Below, piece after piece: positions 1 through 13,700 of a stretch of 64,000 nucleotides of DNA. How positions within the stretch are numbered: position 1 is the stretch's first letter; the number at the start of each line of letters is the position of its first letter. Position numbers and translations under genes: made by a program. The DNA is taken from NCBI GenBank assembly GCA_964016885.1, contig OZ024765.1, positions 6,510,001 to 6,574,000 on the forward strand, written 5' to 3'. Below the pieces are notes generated by a model, which worked only from the letters and a program-made list of their open reading frames with translations, was not told the origin of the DNA and did no database searches. This DNA comes from Eledone cirrhosa. Taxonomy: Eukaryota.

Positions 1-120
1 CACTGTAAATGAGGTTGGTGTTAGGAAGGGCATCCAGCTGTAGAAATCAAGCCAGAATCAGTTCCCGTCCCACCCTTGCAAGCAGGGAAAAGCGGACGTA
101 AAATGAAATGAATGAAATGA
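1..120 (+). mobile_element. 3' part of Nin-domain-type SINE with RTE-like tail
   Basis: ggtgttaggaagggcatccagctgtagaaa ... cccacccttgcaagcagggaaaagcggacgtaaaatga; near-identical inverted copies at ~32015-32180 and ~55175-55340. Confidence 0.7.
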
Positions 121-340
121 ATATATATATATATATATACACACATATATATATACTTATATATATAAATATACATACACACATATATATATATCTATAT
201 ATATATATCTGTATGTATATAAACCACAGTTAAATCAACACCCCTGCTGCAGTAATGCTGGTCAAGTCTTTTCATGAAGACACAAACACAAAACAAACCT
301 CCTGTAACAGTCAAAACCAGCCACCACACTAGCCTCCACA

Positions 341-855
341 TTTCTACTCAATGCACAAGGTGTTAACCCTTCTATCAATGCACAAGGTGTTAACCCTTCT
401 ACTCAATGCACAAGGTGTTAACCCTTCTATCAATGCACAAGGTGTTAACCCTTCTACTCAATGCACAAGGTGTTAACCCTTCTACTCAATGCACAAGGTG
501 TTAACCCTTCTATCAATGCACAAGGTGTTAACCCTTCTACTCAATGCACAAGGTGTTAACCCTTCTACTCAATGCACAAGGTGTTAACCCTTCTACTCAA
601 TGCACAAGGTGTTAACCCTTCTATCAATGCACAAGGTGTTAACCCTTCTACTCAATGCACAAGGTGTTAACCCTTCTACTCAATGCACAAGGTGTTAACC
701 CTTCTACTCAATGCACAAGGTGTTAACCCTTCTATCAATGCACAAGGTGTTAACCCTTCTACTCAATGCACAAGGTGTTAACCCTTCTATCAATGCACAA
801 GGTGTTAACCCTTCTACTCAATGCACAAGGTGTTAACCCTTCTATCAATGCACAA
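341..855 (+). repeat. 27/28-bp minisatellite, about 18 copies
   Basis: unit tcaatgcacaaggtgttaacccttcta(c); runs directly into the LINE endonuclease ORF. Confidence 0.95.
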
Positions 856-1780
856 AAATGGAAGGTCCAATTCATTGAGGATTGGGTCGGTAACCATCCA
901 CACCGCATCCCGTTCTTCATCCTTACTGAGACGCACCTTGACAACTCCCACTCAGGAGTCGAAGTGAAGGTGAGGAATTTCACAACCATCCACATGGATT
1001 GTGTCAGCAGAAGGAAAGGAGGAACTGCTATTTTCCTACATGATTCCTTTGCAGCAGATGGAAATATTACATTCTCCAATGGCTACTGTGAATCAGTCAC
1101 TCTGCACAACAAAGCCAATGACCTGATAGCAGTTGGGCTCTATAGGCCACCCCAAACTGTGTTTTAAAGAATGCCTCAACAGCATTAAGTGCTTTATTCA
1201 ACAGTACCATTCAAGTAACATACTTATGATGGGAGACTTTAATCTACCCTGTGTTGATTGCTGTACAAACAGTTTGAAACCAGGCATTCCAACCTCAACC
1301 ACTGACAAAGAAGCAGTTGAGTCACTTCTTGACTTTATGAATGAGTTTTTCTTGTCCCAACTTGTCCTTGCACCAACAAGATATCAGAAGAACATTAGTT
1401 ACCACACTAACACTATACATAATATTACATTGGAAAAAACCCTTCTTTCAGACCATGACATGGTTCTCTGTAACCTGAGATTCCACCAGCCGAAAGCTAA
1501 TCCTAGTCACCTCTCTCCAGCCCACCCGTTTCATAACATGGATCTCTACAATGCCAACTGGGATGCAATCATGAACGAGCTATCACATGTTGACTGGTCT
1601 TTTACACACGCACACGTCTCCACCAACATCAAAACATCTTGGCAGATTTTTGTAGACACTGTCACAAATATATGTGCAAAACACACCCCACCAAGATCTC
1701 TGAACCAAAACTAATTGTAGAATCCCCTAAAACAGAAAAACTATTATTAGAAAAATAAAAAGAACAAACTAAAATACTGC
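766..1780 (+). mobile_element. Degenerate non-LTR retrotransposon fragment: APE endonuclease domain (CR1/L2/Jockey group)
   Basis: motifs LTETHL, GGTAIF, GLYRPP, MGDFNLP, PTR and SDH across two ORFs joined by a frameshift at ~1165; truncated at the satellite. Confidence 0.85.
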
Positions 1781-1798
1781 CAACAGCAACACACACAA

Positions 1799-4700
1799 CT
1801 GCCATGTAATGTTATGGACATCTCTGCCCCTGTGGCTAATACTGTCATGTAATGTTATGGCTGTCTCTGCCCCTTTGGCTAATAATTCTGTCATGTAATG
1901 TTATGGACATCTCTGCCCCTGTGGCTAATAATTCTGTCATGTAATGTTATGGACATCTCTGCCCCTTTGGCTAATAACTGTCATGTAATGTTATGGACAT
2001 CTCTGCCCCTATGGCTAATAATTCTGTCATGTAATGTTATGGTCATCTCTGCCCCTGTGGCTAATAATTCTGTCATGTAATGTTATGGACATCTCTGCCC
2101 CTGTGGCTAATAATTCTGTCATGTAATGTTATGGACATCTCTGCCCCTGTGGCTAATAATTCTGTCATGTAATGTTATGGACATCTCTGCCCCTGTGGCT
2201 AATAATTCTGTCATGTAATGTTATGGACATCTCTGCCCCTGTGGCTGATAATTCTGTCATGTAATGTTATGGACATATCTGCCCCTTTGGCTAATAATTC
2301 TGTCATGTAATGTTATGGACATCTCTGCCCCTGTGGCTAATAAATCTGTCATGTAATGTTATGGACATCTCTGCCCCTGTGGCTAATAATTCTGTCATGT
2401 AATGTTATGGACATCTCTGCCCCTGTGGCTAATAATTCTGTCATGTAATGTTATGGACATCTCTGCCCCTGTGGCTAATAATTCTGTCATGTAATGTTAT
2501 GGACATCTCTGCCCCTGTGGCTAATAATTCTGTCATGTAATGTTATGGACATCTCTGCCCCTTTGGCTAATACTGTCATGTAATGTTATGGACATCTCTG
2601 CCCCTATGGCTAATAATTCTGTCATGTAATGTTATGGTCATCTCTGCCCCTGTGGCTAATAATTCTGTCATGTAATGTTATGGACATCTCTGCCCCTGTG
2701 GCTAATAATTCTGTCATGTAATGTTATGGACATCTCTGCCCCTGTGGCTAATAATTCTGTCATGTAATGTTATGGACATCTCTGCCCCTGTGGCTAATAA
2801 TTCTGTCATGTAATGTTATGGACATCTCTGCCCCTGTGGCTAATAATTCTGTCGTGTAATGTTATGGACATATCTGCCCCTTTGGCTAATAATTCTGTCA
2901 TGTAATGTTATGGACATCTCTGCCCCTGTGGCTAATAAATCTGTCATGTAATGTTATGGACATCTCTGCCCCTGTGGCTAATAATTCTGTCATGTAATGT
3001 TATGGATATCTCTGCCCCTGTGGCTAATAATTCTGTCATGTAATGTTATGGACATCTCTGCCCCTGTGGCTAATAATTCTGTCATGTAATGTTATGGACA
3101 TCTCTGCCCCTGTGGCTAATAATTCTGTCATGTAATGTTATGGACATCTCTGCCCCTGTGGCTAATAATTCTGTCATGTAATGTTATGGACATCTCTGCC
3201 CCTGTGGCTAATAATTCTGTCATGTAATGTTATGGACATCTCTGCCCCTGTGGCTAATAATTCTGTCATGTAATGTTATGGACATCTCTGCCCCTGTGGC
3301 TAATAATTCTGTCATGTAATGTTATGGACATCTCTGCCCCTGTGGCTAATAATTCTGTCATGTAATGTTATGGACATCTCTGCCCCTGTGGCTAATAATT
3401 CTGTCATGTAATGTTATGGACATCTCTAGCCCCTGTGGCTAATAATTCTGTCATGTAATGTTATGGACATCTCTGCCCCTGTGGCTAATAATTCTGTCAT
3501 GTAATGTTATGGACATCTCTGCCCCTGTGGCTAATAATTCTGTCATGTAATGTTATGGACATCTCTGCCCCTGTGGCTAATAATTCTGTCATGTAATGTT
3601 ATGGACATCTCTGCCCCTGTGGCAAATAATTCTGTCATGTAATGTTATGGACATATCTGCCCCTGTGGCTAATAATTCTGTCATGTAATGTTATGGTCAT
3701 CTCTGCCCCTGTGGCTAATAATTCTGTCATGTAATGTTATGGTCATCTCTGCCCCTGTGGCTAATAATTCTGTCATGTAATGTTATGGTCATCTCTGCCC
3801 CTGTGGCTAATAATTCTGTCATGTAATGTTATGGACATCTCTGCCCCTGTGGCTAATAATTCCGTCATGTAATGTTATGGATATCTCTGCCCCTGTGGCT
3901 AATAATTCTGTCATGTAATGTTATGGACATATCTGCCCCTGTGGCTAATAATTCTGTCATGTAATGTTATGGTCATGTCTGCCCCTGTGGCTAATAATTC
4001 TGTCATGTAATGTTATGGACATCTCTGCCCCTGTGGCTAATAATTCTGTCATGTAATGTTATGGACATCTCTGCCCTTGTGGCTAATACTGTCATGTAAT
4101 GTTATGGACATCTCTGCCCCTTTGGCTAATAATTCTGTCATGTAATGTTATGGACATCTCTGCCCCTGTGGCTAATACTGTCATGTAATGTTATGGACAT
4201 CTCTGCCCCTGTGGCTAATAATTCTGTCGTGTAATGTTATGGACATATCTGCCCCTTTGGCTAATAATTCTGTCATGTAATGTTATGGACATATCTGCCC
4301 CTGTTGCTAATAATTCTGTCATGTAATGTTATGGACATATCTGCCCCTTTGGCTAATAATTCTGTCATGTAATGTTATGGTCATGTCTGCCCCTGTGGCT
4401 AATAATTCTGTCATGTAATGTTATGGACATCTCTGCCCCTGTGGCTAATACTGTCATGTAATGTTATGGCTGTCTCTGCCCCTTTGGCTAATAATTCTGT
4501 CATGTAATGTTATGGACATCTCTGCCCCTGTGGCAAATAATTCTGTCATGTAATGTTATGGACATCTCTGCCCCTGTGGCTAATAAATCTGTCATGTAAT
4601 GTTATGGACATCTCTGCCCCTGTGGCTAATAATTCTGTCATGTAATGTTATGGACATCTCTGCCCCTGTGGCTAATAATTCTGTCATGTAATGTTATCGA

Positions 4701-7700
4701 CATCTCTGCCCCTGTGGCTAATAATTCTGTCATGTAATGTTATGGATATCTCTGCCCCTGTGGCTAATAATTCTGTCATGTAATGTTATGGACATATCTG
4801 CCCCTGTGGCTAATAATTCTGTCATGTAATGTTATGGTCATCTCTGCCCCTGTGGCTAATAATTCTGTCATGTAATGTTGTGGTCATCTCTGCCCCTGTG
4901 GCTAATAATTCTGTCATGTAATGTTATGGACATCTCTGCCCCTGTGGCTAATAATTCTGTCATGTAATGTTATGGACATATCTGCCCCTGTGGCTAATAA
5001 TTCTGTCATGTAATGTTATGGTCATCTCTGCCCCTGTGGCTAATAATTCTGTCATGTAATGTTATGGTCATCTCTGCCCCTGTGGCTAATAATTCTGTTA
5101 TGTAATGTTATGGTCATCTCTGCCCCTGTGGCTAATAATTCTGTCATGTAATGTTATGGTCATCTCTGCCCCTGTGGCTAATAATTCTGTCATGTAACGT
5201 TATGGACATCTCTGCCCCTGTGGCTAATAATTCTGTCATGTAATGTTATGGACATCTCTGCCCCTGTGGCTAATAATTCTGTCATGTAATGTTATGGACA
5301 TCTCTGCCTATGTGGCTAATACTGTCATGTAATGTTATGGACATATCTGCCCCTGTGGCTAATAATTCTGTCATGTAATGTTATGGTCATCTCTGCCCCT
5401 GTGGCTAATAATTCTGTCATGTAATGTTATGGACATCTCTGCCCCTGTGGCTAATAACTGCCACGTAATGTTATGGTTATCTCTGCCCCTTTGGCTAATA
5501 ATTCTGTCATGTAATGTTATGGTCATGTCTGCCCCTTTGGCTAATAATTCTGTCATTTAATGTTATGGTCATCTCTGCCCCTGTGGCTAATAATTCTGTC
5601 ATGTAATGTTATGGACATCTCTGCTCCTGTGGCTAATAATTCTGTCATGTAATGTTATGGACATATCTGCCCCTGTGGCTAATAATTCTGTCATGTAATG
5701 TTATGGTCATCTCTGCCCCTGTGGCTAATAATTCTGTCATGTAATGTTATGGTCATCTCTGCCCCTGTGGCTAATAATTCTGTCATGTAATGTTATGGAC
5801 ATCTCTGCCCCTGTGGCTAATAATTCTGTCATGTAATGTTATGGACATCTCTGCCCCTGTGGCTAATAATTCTGTCATGTAATGTTATGGACATCTCTGC
5901 CCCTGTGGTTAATAATTCTGTCATGTAATGTTATGGACATCTCTGCCCCTGTGGCTAATAATTCTGTCATGTAATGTTATGGATATCTCTGCCCCTGTGG
6001 CTAATAATTCTGTCATGTAATGTTATGGACATCTCTGCCCCTGTGGCTAATAATTCTGTCATGTAATGTTATGGACATCTCTGCCCCTGTGGCTAATAAT
6101 TCTGTCATGTAATGTTATGGATATCTCTGCCCCTGTGGCTAATAATTCTGTCATGTAATGTTATGGACATATCTGCCCCTGTGGCTAATAATTCTGTCAT
6201 GTAATGTTATGGTCATCTCTGCCCTTGTGGCTAATAATTCTGTCATGTAATGTTATGGTCATCTCTGCCCCTGTGGCTAATAATTCTGTCATGTAATGTT
6301 ATGGACATATCTGCCCCTGTGGCTAATAATTCTGTCATGTAATGTTATGGTCATGTCTGCTACTGTGGCTAATAATTCTGTCATGTAATGTTATGGACAT
6401 ATCTGCCCCTGTGGCTAATAATTCTGTCATGTAATGTTATGGTCATGTCTGCCCCTGTGGCTAATAATTCTGTCATGTAATGTTATGGACATATCTGCCC
6501 CTGTGGCTAATAATTCTGTCATGTAATGTTATGGACATATCTGCCCCTGTGGCTAATAATTCTGTCATGTAATGTTATGGACATATCTGCCCCTTTGGCT
6601 AATAATTCTGTCATGTAATGTTATGGACATATCTGCCCCTGTGGCTAATAATTCTGTCATGTAATGTTATGGACATATCTGCCCCTGTGGCTAATAATTC
6701 TGTCATGTAATGTTATGGACATCTGTCATGTAATGTTATGGTCATCTCTGCCCCTGTGGCTAATAATTCTGTCATGTAATGTTATGGACATCTCTGCCCC
6801 TGTGGCTAATAATTCTGTCATGTAATGTTATGGACATCTCTGCCCCTGTGGCAAATAATTCTGTCATGTAATGTTATGGACATATCTGCCCCTGTGGCTA
6901 ATAATTCTGTCATGTAATGTTATGGTCATCTCTGCCCCTGTGGCTAATAATTCTGTCATGTAATGTTATGGTCATCTCTGCCCCTGTGGCTAATAATTCT
7001 GTCATGTAATGTTATGGTCATCTCTGCCCCTGTGGCTAATAATTCTGTCATGTAATGTTATGGACATCTCTGTCCCTGTGGCTAATAATTCCGTCATGTA
7101 ATGTTATGGATATCTCTGCCCCTGTGGCTAATAATTCTGTCATGTAATGTTATGGACATATCTGCCCCTGTGGCTAATAATTCTGTCATGTAATGTTATG
7201 GTCATGTCTGCCCCTGTGGCTAATAATTCTGTCATGTAATGTTATGGACATATCTGCCCCTGTGGCTAATAATTCTGTCATGTAATGTTATGGACATATC
7301 TGCCCCTGTGGCTAATAATTCTGTCATGTAATGTTATGGACATATCTGCCCCTGTGGCTAATAATTCTGTCATGTAATGTTATGGTCATGTCTGCCCCTG
7401 TGGCTAATAATTCTGTCATGTAATGTTATGGTCATGTCTGCCCCTGTGGCTAATAATTCTGTCATGTAATGTTATGGACATATCTGCCCCTGTGGCTAAT
7501 AATTCTGTCATGTAATGTTATAGTCATGTCTGCCCCTGTGGCTAATAATTCTGTCATGTAATGTTATGGTCATGTCTGCCCCTGTGGCTAATAATTCTGT
7601 CATGTAATGTTATGGACATATCTGCCCCTGTGGCTAATAATTCTGTCATGTAATGTTATGGACATCTCTGCCCCTGTGGCTAATAACTGTCACGTAATGT

Positions 7701-10700
7701 TATGGTTATCTCTGCCCCTTTGGCTAATAATTCTGTCATGTAATGTTATGGTTATCTCTGCCCCTGTGGCTAATAATTCTGTCGTGTAATGTTATGGCTA
7801 TTTCTGCCCCTGTGGCTAATAATTCTGTCATGTAATGTTATGGACATCTCTGCCCCTGTGGCTAATACTGTCATGTAATGTTATGGACATCTCTGCCCCT
7901 GTGGCTAATAATTCTGTCATGTAATGTTATGGTCATCTCTGCCCCTGTGGCTAATAATTCTGTCATGTAATGTTGTGGCTATTTCTGCCCCTTTGGCAAA
8001 TAACTGCCATGTAATGTTATGGTTATCTCTGCCCCTTTGGCTAATAATTCTGTCATGTAATGTTATGGTCATCTCTGCCCCTGTGGCTAATAATTCTGTC
8101 ATGTAATGTTATGGTTATCTCTGCCCCTTTGGCTAATAATTCTGTCATGTAATGTTATGGTCATCTCTGCCCCTGTGGCTAATACTGTCATGTAATGTTA
8201 TGGACATCTCTGCACCTGTGGCTAATAATTCTATCATGTAATGTTATGGACATCTCTGCCCCTGTGGCTAATTCTGTCATGTAATGTTTAGGACATCTCT
8301 GTCCCTTTGGCTAATAATTCTGTCATGTAATGTTATGGACATCTCTGCCCCTGTGGCTAATACTGTCATGTAATGTTATCGATATCTCTGCCCCTGTGGC
8401 TAATAATTCTGTCATGTAATGTTATGGACATATCTGCCCCTGTGGCTAATAATTCTGTCATGTAATGTTATGGACATCTCTGCCCCTGTGGCTAATAATT
8501 CTGTCATGTAATGTTATGGACATCTCTGCCCCTGTGGTTAATAATTCTGTCATGTAATGTTATGGACATCTCTGCCCCTGTGGCTAATAATTCTGTCATG
8601 TAATGTTATGGACATCTCTGCCCCTGTGGCTAATAATTCTGTCATGTAATGTTATGGACATCTCTGCCCCTGTGGCTAATAATTCTGTCATGTAATGTTA
8701 TGGACATCTCTGCCCCTGTGGCTAATAATTCTGTCATGTAATGTTATGGATATCTCTGCCCCTGTGGCTAATAATTCTGTCATGTAATGTTATGGACATA
8801 TCTGCCCCTGTGGCTAATAATTCTGTCATGTAATGTTATGGTCATCTCTGCCCTTGTGGCTAATAATTCTGTCATGTAATGTTATGGTCATCTCTGCCCC
8901 TGTGGCTAATAATTCTGTCATGTAATGTTATGGACATATCTGCCCCTGTGGCTAATAATTCTGTCATGTAATGTTATGGTCATGTCTGCTACTGTGGCTA
9001 ATAATTCTGTCATGTAATGTTATGGACATATCTGCCCCTGTGGCTAATAATTCTGTCATGTAATGTTATGGTCATGTCTGCCCCTGTGGCTAATAATTCT
9101 GTCATGTAATGTTATGGACATATCTGCCCCTGTGGCTAATAATTCTGTCATGTAATGTTATGGACATATCTGTCCCTGTGGCTAATAATTCTGTCATGTA
9201 ATGTTATGGACATATCTGCCCCTGTGGCTAATAATTCTGTCATGTAATGTTATGGTCATCTCTGCCCCTGTGGCTAATAATTCTGTCATGTAATGTTATG
9301 GTCATCTCTGCCCCTGTGGCTAATAATTCTGTCATGTAATGTTATGGACATATTCTGCCCCTGTGGCTAATAATTCTGTCATGTAATGTTATGGACATAT
9401 CTGCCCCTGTGGCTAATAATTCTGTCATGTAATGTTATGGTCATGTCTGCCCCTGTGGCTAATAATTCTGTCATGTAATGTTATGGTCATGTCTGCCCCT
9501 GTGGCTAATAATTCTGTCATGTAATGTTATGGACATATCTGCCCCTTTGGCTAATAATTCTGTCATGTAATGTTATGGTTATCTCTGCCCCTGTGGCTAA
9601 TAATTCTGTCATGTAATGTTATGGCTATTTCTGCCCCTTTGGCAAATAACTGCCATGTAATGTTATGGTCATCTCTGCCCCTGTGGCTAATACTGTCATG
9701 TAATGTTATGGACATCTCTGCCCCTGTGGCTAATACTGTCATGTAATGTTATGGACATCTCTGCCCCTGTGGCTAATAATTCTGTCATGTAATGTTATGG
9801 TCATGTCTGCCCCTGTGGCTAATAATTCTGTCATGTAATGTTATGGACATCTCTGCCCCTGTGGCTAATACTGTCATGTAATGTTATGGACATCTATGCC
9901 CCTGTGGCTAATAATTCTGTCATGTAATGTTATGGACATCTCTGCCCTTGTGGCTAATACTGTCATGTAATGTTATGGACATCTCTGCCCCTTTGGCTAA
10001 TAATTCTGTCATGTAATGTTATGGACATCTCTGCCCCTGTGGCTAATACTGTCATGTAATGTTATGGACATCTCTGCCCCTGTGGCTAATAATTCTGTCG
10101 TGTAATGTTATGGACATATCTGCCCCTTTGGCTAATAATTCTGTCATGTAATGTTATGGACATATCTGCCCCTGTTGCTAATAATTCTGTCATGTAATGT
10201 TATGGACATATCTGCCCCTTTGGCTAATAATTCTGTCATGTAATGTTATGGTCATGTCTGCCCCTGTGGCTAATAATTCTGTCATGTAATGTTATGGACA
10301 TCTCTGCCCCTGTGGCTAATACTGTCATGTAATGTTATGGCTGTCTCTGCCCCTTTGGCTAATAATTCTGTCATGTAATGTTATGGACATCTCTGCCCCT
10401 GTGGCAAATAATTCTGTCATGTAATGTTATGGACATCTCTGCCCCTGTGGCTAATAAATCTGTCATGTAATGTTATGGACATATCTGCCCCTGTGGCTAA
10501 TAATTCTGTCATGTAATGTTATGGACATCTCTGCCCCTGTGGCTAATAATTCTGTCATGTAATGTTATCGACATCTCTGCCCCTGTGGCTAATAATTCTG
10601 TCATGTAATGTTATCGACATCTCTGCCCCTGTGGCTAATAATTCTGTCATGTAATGTTATGGATATCTCTGCCCCTGTGGCTAATAATTCTGTCATGTAA

Positions 10701-13700
10701 TGTTATGGACATCTCTGCCCCTGTGGCTAATAATTCCGTCATGTAATGTTATGGATATCTCTGCCCCTGTGGCTAATAATTCTGTCATGTAATGTTATGG
10801 ACATATCTGCCCCTGTGGCTAATAATTCTGTCATGTAATGTTATGGTCATGTCTGCCCCTGTGGCTAATAATTCTGTCATGTAATGTTATGGACATATCT
10901 GCCCCTGTGGCTAATAATTCTGTCATGTAATGTTATGGACATATCTGCCCCTGTGGCTAATAATTCTGTCATGTAATGTTATGGACATATCTGCCCCTGT
11001 GGCTAATAATTCTGTCATGTAATGTTATGGTCATGTCTGCCCCTGTGGCTAATAATTCTGTCATGTAATGTTATGGTCATGTCTGCCCCTGTGGCTAATA
11101 ATTCTGTCATGTAATGTTATGGACATATCTGCCCCTGTGGCTAATAATTCTGTCATGTAATGTTATAGTCATGTCTGCCCCTGTGGCTAATAATTCTGTC
11201 ATGTAATGTTATGGTCATGTCTGCCCCTGTGGCTAATAATTCTGTCATGTAATGTTATGGACATATCTGCCCCTGTGGCTAATAATTCTGTCATGTAATA
11301 TTATGGTCATGTCTGCCCCTGTGGCTAATAATTCTGTCATGTAATGTTATGGACATCTCTGCCCCTGTGGCTAATAACTGTCACGTAATGTTATGGTTAT
11401 CTCTGCCCCTTTGGCTAATAATTCTGTCATGTAATGTTATGGTTATCTCTGCCCCTGTGGCTAATAATTCTGTCGTGTAATGTTATGCCTATTTCTGCCC
11501 CGGTGGCTAATAATTCTGTCATGTAATGTTATGGACATCTCTGCCCCTGTGGCTAATACTGTCATGTAATGTTATGGACATCTCTGCCCCTGTGGCTAAT
11601 AATTCTGTCATGTAATGTTATGGACATCTCTGCCCCTGTGGCTAATACTGTCATGTAATGTTATGGACATCTCTGCCCCTGTGGCTAATAATTCTGTCAT
11701 GTAATGTTATGGTTATCTCTGCCCCTGTGGCTAATAATTCTGTCATGTAATGTTATGGCTATTTCTGCCCCTTTGGCAAATAACTGCCATGTAATGTTAT
11801 GGTTATCTCTGCCCCTTTGGCTAATAATTCTGTCATGTAATGTTATGGTTATCTCTGCCCCTGTGGCTAATAATTCTGTCATGTAATGTTATGGTTATCT
11901 CTGCCCCTTTGGCTAATAATTCTGTCATGTAATGTTATGGTCATCTCTGCCCCTGTGGCTAATAATTCTGTCATGTAATATTATGGTTATCTCTGCCCCT
12001 TTGGCTAATAATTCTGCCATGTAATGTTATGGTTATCTCTGCCCCTGTGGCTAATAATTCTGTCATGTAATGTTATGGTTATCTCTGCCCCTGTGGCTAA
12101 TAATTCTGTCATGTAATGTTATGGTTATCTCTGCCCCTGTGGCTAATAATTCTGTCATGTAATGTTATGGTTATCTCTGCCCCTGTGGCTAATAATTCTG
12201 TCATGTAATGTTATGGTTATCTCTGCCCCTTTGGCTAATAATTCTGCCATGTAATGTTATGGTCATCTCTGCCCCTGTGGCTAATATTGTCATGTAATGT
12301 TATGGACATCTCTGCACCTGTGGCTAATAATTCTGTCATGTAATGTTATGGACATCTCTGCCCCTGTGGCTAATTCTGTCATGTAATGTTTAGGACATCT
12401 CTGTCCCTTTGGCTAATAATTCTGTCATGTAATGTTATGGACATCTCTGCCCCTGTGGCTAATACTGTCATGTAATGTTATCGATATCTCTGCCCCTGTG
12501 GCTAATAATTCTGTCATGTAATGTTATGGACATATCTGCCCCTGTGGCTAATAATTCTGTCATGTAATGTTATGGACATCTCTGCCCCTGTGGCTAATAA
12601 TTCTGTCATGTAATGTTATGGACATCTCTGCCCCTGTGGTTAATAATTCTGTCATGTAATGTTATGGACATCTCTGCCCCTGTGGCTAATAATTCTGTCA
12701 TGTAATGTTATGGACATCTCTGCCCCTGTGGCTAATAATTCTGTCATGTAATGTTATGGACATCTCTGCCCCTGTGGCTAATAATTCTGTCATGTAATGT
12801 TATGGACATCTCTGCCCCTGTGGCTAATAATTCTGTCATGTAATGTTATGGATATCTCTGCCCCTGTGGCTAATAATTCTGTCATGTAATGTTATGGACA
12901 TATCTGCCCCTGTGGCTAATAATTCTGTCATGTAATGTTATGGTCATCTCTGCCCTTGTGGCTAATAATTCTGTCATGTAATGTTATGGTCATCTCTGCC
13001 CCTGTGGCTAATAATTCTGTCATGTAATGTTATGGACATATCTGCCCCTGTGGCTAATAATTCTGTCATGTAATGTTATGGTCATGTCTGCTACTGTGGC
13101 TAATAATTCTGTCATGTAATGTTATGGACATATCTGCCCCTGTGGCTAATAATTCTGTCATGTAATGTTATGGTCATGTCTGCCCCTGTGGCTAATAATT
13201 CTGTCATGTAATGTTATGGACATATCTGCCCCTGTGGCTAATAATTCTGTCATGTAATGTTATGGACATATCTGCCCCTGTGGCTAATAATTCTGTCATG
13301 TAATGTTATGGACATATCTGCCCCTGTGGCTAATAATTCTGTCATGTAATGTTATGGTCATCTCTGCCCCTGTGGCTAATAATTCTGTCATGTAATGTTA
13401 TGGTCATCTCTGCCCCTGTGGCTAATAATTCTGTCATGTAATGTTATGGACATATTCTGCCCCTGTGGCTAATAATTCTGTCATGTAATGTTATGGACAT
13501 ATCTGCCCCTGTGGCTAATAATTCTGTCATGTAATGTTATGGTCATGTCTGCCCCTGTGGCTAATAATTCTGTCATGTAATGTTATGGTCATGTCTGCCC
13601 CTGTGGCTAATAATTCTGTCATGTAATGTTATGGACATATCTGCCCCTTTGGCTAATAATTCTGTCATGTAATGTTATGGTTATCTCTGCCCCTGTGGCT

